DNA from: Raillietiella orientalis
Lineage: Eukaryota
Direction of reading: 5' to 3'
Assembly: GCA_036172245.1 (NCBI GenBank)
Contig: JAYWIR010000062.1
Coordinates: 434,001-498,000 of the forward strand
DNA length: 64,000 nt
A program made the position numbers and the translations under genes. The notes beneath the pieces were generated by a model, which ran no database searches, was not told where the DNA came from, and was given only the letters and a program-made list of their open reading frames with translations. Shown here piece after piece: positions 1 through 11,582 of the stretch. Position 1 is the stretch's first letter; the number at the start of each line of letters is the position of its first letter.

Positions 1-1171
1 CAACCGAGGAGCTGGGGCCAACCCGAGGTTCAGATTTACGGCTCGACTTCTGCCTGACGTCTGCCGGAATTCCTACAGATTCCATGGGTCTCCGCCAGAG
101 ATCTTCAAGATTTCGATTCGAGCACGCGGAAGAATCGCTCCTCCCTGTTCGTTTGCTCGGTCCTTTTTTTCCGGGAATCGACTCGAGAAATCGGAAGAAA
201 GCAACTAGTTGGCATCTCCACACGAGAGTTCAAGGAACAGGAATCGGAGCCGGGATCGGAGGAGGAAAAGGCGCACTTGGCGGATGGGGGCAGGTGGACG
301 ATCAAGCTTGGACGCTCTGATGAGGGTTCAAGACCCTCCCTTCCCCCTTTCGTCCTCCGATTATGCGTGGAAAATTCCCGATTTCGAAGGCCCGCGCTGG
401 GCTCCCTCTCCTTCTCGACTTTCTCGCGAGGCCTCGAAGGTTCTCCCGAATCCTCGCTGCAAGCTGTCTCCGAGGAAACATCAGCCCACTTTCCTTTCGG
501 GCTCCCCCCCCTGACCTGGCCGCTCTTCCTCTCCCTCCGTCCATTTCCTCCTCCCCCCCCCCCTCTTCTTCACTTCTCTCTCCGATCCCCGTCTTTTTCC
601 GCGCACAGCTTTTCCCCCGACACGGAAGGGACATCGGCTCGGTTCCATTGGCGGGAGGAAATGAACTTCGGATGTTCCTTCAGTCTCCAAGGAGGAACTT
701 CCTCGAGAGTGCGCGATACCGGAGGAAAGAAGAGTTCTCGAGGAGCACGGAAAGACAGCGGGGTGCAGGTGATCTTCCCGTTCCTCGATTGGGAGGTTTG
801 CAGCTGACCGCTTTTCCGAGCCTCCTCGGAGGAAGGGAGGGGAAAAAAAAGGGGGGGGCACCGAAGATCGGTAGCAGCAGAGGGCTCTCTTTCAGTTCCC
901 GGACGACACTCCCGACCAACTGCCGAAGGATGACCCTCCGACTCCGAGCAGTCCTTTTTTTTCCCGCTCATCTGCACGCCCCTTGTCCTCCCGTCTTTAT
1001 TTTTGTTTCCCTCTTTTCCTTTAGAAGACGACGCGCTTCACGTTCAGTTCCTGAGAGGGGGCGGCAGTTGCGGTCCACCTTCCCGTCCTCCCATTTCCTC
1101 CCCGTCTCGATCTCCCCCTGCCAAACGTTCCCGCCATCCTTCGCTCCTAGGTGGAGATGACCAATATCTAC

Positions 1172-4100
1172 CCGTGGGTGACGTCCGGCGGGAGGTCGAT
1201 GTAGCATCTCTGCCTGAGCGTCCCCGCCCACAGCTGCACCCCGATGATGCCAAAGATGAAGAATACGAAGAAGCACAGCAGCAGGACGTTTCCGAGCATG
1301 GGCAGCGTGTCCAAGAGCAGCATCACGAGTATCCGCAGACCTGCAACACAGGAAAGGAGCAGAAGAGTTACGGGAACAGGACGGGAACGTGGACCTCTGC
1401 GAAAAGAAGGTCGTCTGAGGCACTTCGAGCCAATCCCCCACCCCCTCACCCTCGGAGCTCTCTGCCTCTCTCCTAAGGGTCCTCGGGAACGTCAACAGCG
1501 GCGTCGGGGGAACTCGGGAAAAGACCGATGCCTGACCTGCGAGCGCCGAGGAAGGGTCGCTCCTGCGTTATTCGGACAGATGCCTGCCGCCCCCTTCCTC
1601 CACGAGCCAGGGGCGGAGCGCACCGCCCTGGACCCCACTCTACCAATCCGGAAGGGTGTCCTCGATTGCATGCCAGCCCCAGGACAGCCGCCGATGGCTC
1701 CCTCCAGCGCGAGCAAAGTCCGGAAGAAACTTCCCGAAGCGCAGGATTGCCCCTGCCCCCATCCATCGGGCCAACTCGCTTCGCGCCGTCAGTGTCCCAG
1801 GAGGGGCACCGGTAGACCACGAGGCCTCGTAGACGCAAGGGAAGAACCCATCCCTCAGCCAGAGCCACACGCGGAGGGCCCCGCGCGGAACGCCTAAAGG
1901 GGGTCCCACCCTCTCCTAGTGAAGTTCTGCCCCCAGGGTGGTGCCCCATCCAGGGAAAGCTCGCCAGGTGCTCTTCCTCCAAGGCTCTTCCAGATCTTCC
2001 GGCAAGAGGAGGAGGACGGCGAGTGCGAGCTTCCTCAAAGGTTGCTCCCACAGGGGCGACCCCAGTCCCCAGTGGACTGCGAGTCCGCGGGGGTAGACCT
2101 TTCCTCTTTTCCCTTTCCCTCCCTCCGCGGTTTGTCGAGCGGAGAGGAGTGCCCGGATGCCCAACCTACACGCCGGCGGCGGCGCCGCGTGGAGGAAGGG
2201 GCTGCGCGGAGGATCCGCGTCGACGGCGGTGCCTCCCCCCCCCTTCCGAGAAGGGAGGGAAAGGGACGTTCTCCGTTAAATCACCTTCGCTACCCCCCCA
2301 GCCTCCCCCTCCCCCTCCCAGCGCTGTTCGGGCCGCCTCGCACGTTGCGGATCGCCCGCAGGTTTCTCCGCGAGCGGCCGGGGAATGGAGGAAGGGGACG
2401 GCGCGCGCTCCTTGGCGCCAGGGGCCACTCACTTGGTATCCTGTTGATGGCACGCAGGGGGCGGAGCACTCTCACCGTCCGAATAGCCGACAGGTTCATG
2501 TTCTCCGCGTGCAGGCAGTATTCGACCAGCCTGGAAGCACAAACAGGGTCGGGGAGAGGCGCCAGTGCAGGCGGGAAGAGGGGAGAATGGGAGAACTTGC
2601 CGTCCCGTCGCCGCCCAGGCTACCGTGGCACCGGACTTCTGCCCTTTACGCTGGCGTCGCGCCACCGGGAGACGTATTCCGCCGCCGCCGCCGCAGCCCT
2701 TTGCGGGCAGACGGGACTCGACTGCCTCTTCCAGGGGAAGGAGGGAAGGAGACGAGCAGCTTCTCGTCCCTCCCTGATCCTCCTGAAGCCCTGTCCTCCC
2801 CTTTCCGGGACGCACAGCGGGACTTCCGTTGCCCCCTGCACCTGCATCTTTCTTTCCTTCCTGTAAGCCTTCCTCGCGGTTCCCAGACTCCTCCTGCTCT
2901 CCCGACGCCGACGCCGCCCCCGGGAGGGGAGAGGGGGCTTTCCTTGCCTCTTATTCGTCGTCGTCGTTGCCGTGCCTTCCGTTCGAGAGCCGCTGGATGC
3001 TGGCGGGGTAAGGGAAAGGGAGGGGGAGGGGAAGGTCACCGAAGACTGGGTGAGGGTTTCCAGGACTTCCGATCTGCAGGGGTGCCTCCCCGGAGAAAGA
3101 GGGAGTGCTCGGAGGTGGCGAACTTCGCTTGCCCCCGCTTTTCCTCCTCCTCCCCTCCCTTCAAGTCCCCTCGGCGCGAATGTGGCCGAGTGTGGAGGAA
3201 GAAACTCCAGGAGCGGAGATGCACCGCAACCCACTCCACCCCAACCCTAAGCTCGTCCTCGCTGCAGCCGCTAGGAGCAGGCAGCCAGAGGCTGCCGAGA
3301 CAGAGCGCCGCCACCCCACCCCACCTCATTCCTTCCAGCTCTCCTGTTCTCCCTCCCCCCTTCCCTGGAGCACTGCAAGGGACTGAGTGCATGTTCGGAG
3401 GAAAACCGGAGCGCGGGCGGGCAAGCGGACTGGCAGAAGGGGTCGAAGAAGACCAGCAGGGGTGAGTGGGTCCTCCGCTGCCTACCCGGCCACGACGATG
3501 AAGAAGTCCAGCCGGTTCCAGGAGTCCCCCAGATAGGAGCATTTTCCGTAGACACCCATGGCGCACATCTTGATCAGCATCTCCACCACGAAGAAGTTGA
3601 AGATCAGGTCCTCCAGCAGCTGCAACAGAAGCGGTGAAGGAGACGTTCTCCCCTCCTCCTCTCTCCCTGCTCACATGGGCGGGAGAGGGAGGCAGGGAGA
3701 TGAGAGGAGTTCGAAGGACGGGAGGGAGTCACCTCTTCCGGAGGGAGGGCCCCGCCCAGAGACCGCGCTGGGACGCGCGACGGGACAGGCCCTTTTCTCC
3801 CCTCCCACTCCTCGCAGGGACTCACCTGAAGGACCTTACACTGACCCTCGCAGTGCTCCTGGCAGGGCTCGGTCATCCCCAGGGTGATGCAGTTGAACAC
3901 GATAGCGAAGATGGTGACCCTCTCGAACCATCTGGAGTGACGTTAAGGACACCCCGGAGGGTACAGTGTCGCCAGAGGGCGAGAGCGGAGGGCCAAAAAA
4001 AAAAAGGCAGGGTGGAGGCAGGGGCGCTCTTCCTCCCACGGAGTCCTGCTGATCGAATTGGCAAAAGGACTGTTTCGGGGGGAATCCGAAATGGTCGCCG

Positions 4101-7100
4101 GCACCCTTCGATTGCCGAGGGCACGAAAAGTCACCACCCCTTCTGTCGACGCCTCTCCCTCTGTCCCTCCCCAAGGAACAAGGGACCCTACGGTGTAGAT
4201 CCGGACTCTGAAGCCCCCAGGAAAACCCGGGATGGGGGGGAAGGAGAGCGTGTGAGGCGCCAACCGCAACTCCCCGGGGCCGAATCGGCGTCGCAGGAGC
4301 GACCGCAGCTGAGCGAGCGCGCGACGCGCCGTCGATCGAAGGTCGGCCTCTGAAGACCCAAAGGTCGCGTTCTTGGAGGCCGCGCGACCGGGTGGCCTCC
4401 GAGGAAGGTCTCCTCGATGCAGTCCTCCGCCCTGTTCCTTCATCCCGCGAGGGCAAAGGGTGGATGAAAGCGGGACGGGGCGGTGGTCCTTGAACATCGG
4501 GACGGAGACGGCACGATGGTCCGGGAATGAATGGTGCCATCGTTGATGGTGCCAACCCACCCACCCCTTTCTCGGCTACCCTTTTTCATAGCCTCCCGGG
4601 TGCGATCCTGACCGAGCCGGCTGGCCCCTCCCCGTTACCGGAAGCCCTTAGGCGCACCACACGTGCTGAGATCCTGCGTGGGCAGGAGGAAGGGAAGAGC
4701 CACCGGGAGAAGGGCGCGCTCTCGAGGGATTCGGTAAAGGGGCTACTGGGGGCTGCTGAGGAGCCACCCTTCTCTCCCTTCTGTTTCTGTGCGTGCCTTC
4801 GGGCATGAGACCCCCTGGGAGGAAGTGGGCGAAGAGTCGGGGCGGTTTGCCTGCCGCTACCCCCTCTGTTTCCGGAGATCTAAAGACCCCTGGCAGAGCC
4901 AGGGTGGTGCCAGGTTGCCTGCCACCACCCTCGTTGCCCATCCGGAAAGCGCTACTCCCCTCCCGATCTCCCATCGAGCCCTTCAAGCCCTTACGGGTCC
5001 TTGGAGTCCTTCCGGTCGGCCACCGCGGCCTTGGAAGCCTCCCGAGGTCACGCGGTTCCCCCGAGACCTAATCGAGTAGGGGGTCACCTTCTCTCTCCTC
5101 CCAATCCTGCCTTCCCCCTTCCGCTTCTCTGGGCGGTTCCCTAAGCCACGAGATGGGCTATAGGAACCGCCCTAGCGCCCATCACTGACACGTCGCGAAG
5201 ACCGGAGCAGCCGCTGCCGAGGGGGAGGTCGCTAGCAGAGGTGGGGAAGCAGCCTCCCAGGAAGGAGAGGTCCTTCTCTTGCCGGGGACTCCCGGGGACT
5301 ATGCCCACGCGTGCGTTGCTGACTCCACCCTCGCCCCTCAGGGGTCGTGGGTTCATCGCGGGAGGAGCGCACAGAGCCGCCCTATAGTGAGGGCATCGCC
5401 GCGAGGACCCCTCGGGCTGGCGATGAGCCCCCGCCTCACGTGAAGGGAGGGCGCACGAGAGAGAGCTGCGCCGGAAATCCTGCCCCTCCCTCCCTCGCTT
5501 TCGGGCGCTGCTTTCATTTTCTATTTTTGGAACGGAACGCCCGCCTTCCCACGGAGGCCCGGCGGTTCGTCCCACCTCCGGCTTGGCAGCGGTCCTCGCG
5601 GGATGCCGCTGCTGCTTCCGTGGCTCCGGCGGCGCGGGTGGGCGCCCCAGCCGGAGGAGGGGAAGTGTGAGGTCGCACAATGGCCCGGCGCCCCCCGTCC
5701 TGGACCGATCCTTCCTTCCCCGCACGCTTTCATGGGGGTCTCCGCAGCGGCGCCACCTTCATGGCGCCATCGCAGTGTCGCCCGCCGCCGATAGCACACG
5801 GTTTCTTCGACTCTGTCTGGGACGGACCCGGCAGCGGCAGCTCCTGGAGAAGGAGAACCATCAGACGATGTCCCCATCCCCGCAGCAGGTCAAGGTCAGG
5901 TCGGATCGAGGGAAGATCGGAGCGGAAGCTGTTGGTCCACCGGCGCTGCATGCCTATTCCCCGTGTGGTGCGCGACCCAGGGACACGTCCGCCTATCCCC
6001 GTCCGTTCTTTCCCCCCTCCCCTCTCCCGTCTTCCCGCGGTGTTGGCGAAGGAGAGCGCCCGCGGGGCCACTGGTCTGCCCTTGCCTGCCGCACCGCGGG
6101 TTCCCGGAGTCCCATCCCTCCCATCCCTTCCCGTTTGCTCCCCGGGTCCGAGGATCCTGGAAGCCCGCGGCGAGGGGGAAAGGAAAGGTGAAGTGGGGCT
6201 CCGGCCGCGGGAGCCCCAAAGTCCCGAACCGCCGGGAAGGGGGTTCGTGCGCGTCTTCTCCCCGGTGTCCGGGCTATTTTTAGCCCAGCGAAGCGGGAGC
6301 CCGATCTTGCGGGATGAAGCGTCTTCCCTCCTCGTCCCGTTGTCGCCGCCGGCACGCCGAGGAGACTCGACGGCGGCGACGACCGCGGGGGAGAAGGGGG
6401 AAGGAGGTTGGAAGCAGAAGGAGGGCTGTTTACGTGAAGCCCGGGCACCGCCGCTCCCTCTTCGGGAGGCGGGATGGCGCGACACCGAACAGGCGCGGCA
6501 CTTTTCGTCCCCTTCCCGACTTGCGAAAGGAAGCGTGGAGCTCCTGACCTGACGAAAGGGGGAGGACAGCGGGCGAGAGGCGCTCCTCGCTTGCCTCCGT
6601 GCCACGGTATTCCCTGACTGCGGATCGGAAGGAGGGGAAGAGGGACCGGCGTCGGGCGGCTCCTCGGCGGAAGGCATTCGAGAACCCTCCAGAAGGTGGT
6701 CGAAGGAGGAGCCTCTGGCGCCCTTCCCCAGCTTGGACGCACGGATACACGGGCCTCCCGTCCCTGAAGAGGCGCGGGCCGAAGGGCGCTGCGACTCCGT
6801 TCTAATCCTCCGGGAAGCAACGTGCATCCTTTGCGTTTCCCCCGCGCGCGGAGGACAGCTCTCGCCCCTGAGTTCAGGGCCCGCCCCTCTGTTGTCCCTG
6901 ACCTGATAGAACCGGCTGGGTTCCGGAAAAGGTAAAGGCTGGGGCATTTCCCCCACCCTCACCCTTTTAAGAGGGTCCCGACGACGTCTTTCAGGAGACA
7001 GCTCGGTCAGGATGATCCCGGATCCCGAAAGGACACCTTGCGAGGGAGAGGACTCTCGCTTCCTTCCTGTCTCCCCCCCCCCCTCCTTCCTTATCTCGGC

Positions 7101-10100
7101 TTCTCCGGATCGAACTACTGGGGATTTCTTTAGCGACCCAGGAAAAAGATCCCAGAGGGGATGTAGCAAGCCGCTCGGATCTCGTATCCTCGGGGACAAG
7201 CAGGAGGAGAGGGAAGGAGTTTCTGTCAAAATTAATAAGATAATTGTAATTAAAAAGAATTGGATAGAAAATGGCAAAACTTTTCTCTATCGCTATACAA
7301 TCAAATTTTTCACTTATAATTTCATACTCAAACCCGACAAAAAAAATTTCTTCCTAGAGGGAGCTGCGGCGGCGACAGTAACTGGAGCGAGCCGAAAGCA
7401 AGGGGATACGCCTCGCCCTCCGGCCCTCCTCCGGAAGGAGGGGATGTGTGAATTCCCGCTCGCGAGTTCCGAGGCTGCCTAGCGACGGAAGGGAGGCGTG
7501 GTCGGTATAGATCTCGCAGCGTCGTCCGGAGAAACGACGCAGGACCTCTCCGCGCGACTCAGAGGGAATCCTTTGGCTTTTCTCCTTCCCAGCTCGGATG
7601 GAGAAGGCGGGGTACGTAGGAGGGGCGCGTGATGGATCTCCGGCAAAGAACAAACTCTGCCGATGTTGCTCCCCGCTAGCCAGAGGCCACCTCGTTCCTG
7701 TCCCTTGTGGAGGCTGCTTGAGCAGCTCGCTCTTGAAGCCCTTAGGGGGCTGCAGCTTCAGAGTCTCCCAGAAAGGCAACGGTCAGCGACCGCAGTCTTC
7801 CGGGCCGCGTATCTTGGAGTGAAGCACTTCCTCTCCCTATGCCTCCCCGACCCTTTGAACGGACAGTCCCTGCCTCCTAGTAGGGGCTTGACTGTGACCT
7901 TTCGAATTTCCCGCGGCGAACGACGTGAGGAGTGGACCAGACAGCCGCCCTCGAGAAAGGGGGACGGCGTCAGAGGGGTAACTAGGAAGGAAACGGAGAG
8001 TCAGGGAGCTTCGGGACCTCCTTTCGTGGCCCTGGTGGTCGACGGTGACCTTCCTCTCGCCTCGGCACTGGCGCGCCTGCAACGGATCCAGCTGGTCAGG
8101 GGCTTCGGGCTGAATGCTCCTCCTGGACCATCCAGGAGGAACCGGCACGGCCCGCCCACGGTAGGGAGTCTCTGCGAACCGAGTGGAATGGTAATAGGGT
8201 AAGGTTATTCCTAAGTCCCCCGAGAGGTCCTCTTCCACAGCTCTTCCGATCAGCACAACTCCTCCGCCTTCTACCCTCCCCCCACCTTCTTAACTCCCCC
8301 CCCATCGATGACTGGATCCCCACTCCACGATGCAGAGACGAGCTCAGGATGGAGTTCCCTTTCCCAAGCTCCGAATTCAACAAAAACACAGCTTCTGAGA
8401 CTCTTCCACGCCTCCCATGCCCTTCCTGCGTGTTTCGCTGACTCTCTCTTTGCTCCCCGAAAGCTCTGAGCCAACGCTTCGCCGACTGCGTCCCTGACAG
8501 AGGTCGTTAGCGGCTTCGCGGCGCGATTCCCCTCCAACTGAAGCGTCTCGGACGAGCGAAAGGCTCTCCCTGCGCGAAGACCATTCCGTTCGGGTGCCGC
8601 CCGCGAGACGGAGGGACCGGGAAGAGACGGGGAGAGAAGAGGGGGGGAGAGGAAGGAGAAAAGGAACCCGTTTTCGGAGACCTCTCGATGACCCTCCCAT
8701 CCTCCAATTCCGGATTTAATGTGGAACAAGGAATCGAATGATGATAACGGGAGCATAAACGGCGGGACCCCTCGTAAGAACGTGAGCGACGCTTAATGGC
8801 CAGAAGTTGCATCCGTCGTTATCCCGTTCTCTCAGAAAGCCAAAAAGAGGAAAAGGAAGGAGAAAAAAAAGGTTCCGAAAGGAACCCTTCAGGTCCCCAG
8901 AGACGTCCTTACGGGACACACGGTTTTCTGCCGTCGGGGCGACAGCAGAAAACCGTAACGAAAGTCGTGGTTGTGAAGTCGGTCCGCTCAAACCTCTCTC
9001 GCGTCTCCCCAACGACCTCATCAGGTTCCGAGAGACGTCAAACCGATAGGGGGAGGGGAGGGGACCTTGATTCTGCGGTTCGGAAGCTTGCAGGGAAGGC
9101 GAGGAAGGAAGGGCGCGACTTGGCTGCCGGCTGCCTCCTCCTCGTTCCTTCGCTGCGCCCAAGCGGGGAAAGTCCTGCACCTTTTGTCGATCTCCGGCCG
9201 CAACTTTAGGAAATCCTCGCTCGTGCCTCAGCGAACCCTGGAGCCTTCTTCCTCCAGAGAGGATGCTGGTGGAAGAAGGCTGCCAGGGTTCGTAGGTGGG
9301 TTCCTTGGAGTGCGGTTGGATCCACCGGAGGGCCGCAGCTTCGCTTTGGGAACCGGTCAACCTTGAGTGAAGAGCCTCCAATGGCGCCTGACGTTAAGGG
9401 TTCCGCGCCTGTTCTTCCCTATGGAGAGCCACAGCACCCTCAGCTTGTTTCGCCGTCCATTGCTTTCACGGTCTTCCTTGTTGTCGGCGCCCATTGCTGT
9501 TCGCTTTTCTTTTTCTATGGGAAACAGGCGCGGTTTCGCTGCGATTCTTGCGACGGTACGCAAGATCACAACATCTTGCCATCTCCAGAGATGCGGACCC
9601 ACGGAAACAAGGGTGCTTCTTCAAGAGTAGGCTTTCGGCTTTGCAAGGGAATCGAAGGACGGAGGAAATCCTTGTTGCATCACGTGGAACAGAGCGCACT
9701 GCGCCCACGGCACCGCGAAGGCAAGGGGATCAGCACCACCAAGAAGGGGATTTCGGGGAGTGAAATCGCGCCCTACGGAGACTGGGAGGAACTCGGAAAC
9801 CGAACCAGGTCGGCGGAGCACCTCGCGACTCGGAAAGGAGGAAGCGGAGGCACCTCCTGCGCCGCGAGATTCCAAGCCAACACTGGACGTCGCGGGGGGT
9901 GAAAGCGCGGTGAGGGCAGGAGGCGAAGGCGAAAATTCGGGAAGCGACACCGCGAAGGACTGGCAAGTGGGCTGCTGCTGCGAAAATAGGGGAGTTGACA
10001 GGAAGTGGTCGTGGGGTGCGACAAGGAAACCTTCTGCAAGATGGCAATCGTCAGAGGTGAGAGGGGTGAGGGCGAGCTTCTGGCCACGTCACCTCCATCT

Positions 10101-11279
10101 CCTGCTCTTCGGGTAGCTGGGGGATGAAGGACATTCCTGCTGACGTGGCGGATCGAATTCCAAGGAGGAAAGCCCGGGGTGAACCGGGAGAGCAAACTGC
10201 CCATCCCCTTCGTCATGTGACCTGCACGCACCCGAGAGCCCGCGCGCAGAGGACGCGCTGCGCAGGTCTCGAGGTGGAAGGAACGACGGCGATGCTCACC
10301 GGGGGCGAAGCAGGAACGCGGACGCACTTTCAGGATTGGACTTCTTCGGCAGGCAGGGAAGGAATAGGAAGCTGTAGGGGGAGGAGGAAGGGGGCGAAGC
10401 TCACGCTCTAAGGGAGGGGATCTGGAAATCAAAGGTAAGGGGAAAGGGAGGAGGCGCCTCCCTTCAGCGAAGTCGCCACCTTGACTCACCTGACCTGAAA
10501 ACTAGCCGCGGGAGGAGCCGGGCGGATCCCGGTGGCATCACGAGAAGGGGAACGCGACTTGCGCACCACAGGCGCACCGCGATGAGGCGCGCCGGAAAGG
10601 GTCGATCCGTGCGGAGAAGGGAGGAAGAGGCGAAGAAATGGGCGCTGGGGTCGCGGATTAGGGAAGTCAGTTTGAGAGGACGCCAACCAGGAATGGCCGT
10701 GCTAAACCTGTCTCTCCTCCTTCTTTCCTCCCCTCCAGACTTGAGCAACGAAGGGCACCTTTGTTGATAGTCCGCGTTCTTCCAGACCCGCTCGATGGAT
10801 CGGGAGAAACCAAGGATGCTTCCCTCTCCCCACATTTCTTCCCCGCGCACGCACGCACACACACACACAAAACAGAACGGGGATGGAAGAGCTCCCCCCA
10901 CCCCCACCCCTTCGTTCCCGCGACGCGGAGACAGAACAAAAGGATACGGGTTGGTGACCATTTTCAAGCACCAGTTCCTGGGCCAAGTACTCTGCGTCAG
11001 ACAGTGGCCTACCTTGACCGGGAACTCGGAATAGGGGACCGCGCCCTCCGCCTCCTGCTCTTCCACGGGTGCCTCGCTGCGGCGGCCTGCGTTCTCCCGG
11101 TCGAGCTCGTCGTCCACGCTCCAGCCTTCCCCGCCTGAAGGGGTGGCGCTCCTGGACCCCTCGCGGGGCGCGCTGAGGTCCGCGATCTGGTCCAGCGAAG
11201 CGAAGTCGATCTCGGAGACTGGGCTTCCTTTTCCTCCCGCGTCACGCTTCCCGCGTCGCGGAAGAGGGGAGCGCGCCAT
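1172..11279 (-). CDS. CACNA1G: Voltage-gated T-type calcium channel alpha-1 subunit (Cav3), 5' coding exons (N-terminus and domain I S1-S5); gene presumably continues beyond base 1
   Basis: Five exons splice in phase: 11279(or 11369)-10948 (...[18 protein letters not shown]), 3931-3826 ([19 protein letters not shown]...CKVLQ), 3619-3486 ([22 protein letters not shown]...[17 protein letters not shown]), 2530-2433 ([33 protein letters not shown]4 voltage sensor), 1340-1172 ([45 protein letters not shown]). These are Cav3-specific sequences. The symbol stands for the Cav3 family (invertebrate Ca-alpha1T); the start codon is uncertain. Confidence 0.95.
3932..10947 (-). other. U12-type (minor spliceosome) GT-AG intron of the Cav3 gene, 7,016 nt
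   Basis: Donor CC|GTATCCTTTT at 10947; branch site TCCTTAAC at 3949-3942 followed by GTCACTCCAG|A, with no long pyrimidine tract. The junction restores ...NP-WFERV. Confidence 0.92.
7221..7353 (-). pseudogene. Probable NUMT fragment of mitochondrial nad3
   Basis: Abrupt ~130-bp AT-rich island in GC-rich intron. The minus strand reads ..D(R/S)EKF.. then [17 protein letters not shown], resembling the ND3 segments DREKxSPF and LPFSxxFFLIAIIFLIFDxE, with frameshifts. Confidence 0.45.
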
Positions 11280-11504
11280 CGGCGGCGGCCAGAGGTCCCA
11301 TGCCGCCGCCGCCGCTGCCGTCGCAGTTCTCTGGGAAGGGGAGGAAGGGGGCAGCACGGAGGAGTCCATCGGGGTCGCGGAGCTCGGAAGGGGCAGCGTC
11401 CTGCCACCACGAGAAGAGCTCGTCTGCTTCCGGTCCCCCGCGGGAAGTCGCGTCCCCGTGGGGTCACATCCAACGGGCGGCTCGCACTGCCGACACCGTC
11501 GCTG

Positions 11505-11582
11505 CTCCTTCTTCCTCCTCCTCTCCCTCCTCCTCCTCCTCCTCCTCCTCCTCCGCCCCTCGCTTCTTCTTCCTCTTCCCTC
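11505..11582. repeat. (CTC)n / purine-pyrimidine microsatellite upstream of the Cav3 first coding exon
   Basis: ctccttcttcctcctcctctccctcctcctcctcctcctcctcctcctcc... seen directly. Confidence 0.8.
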
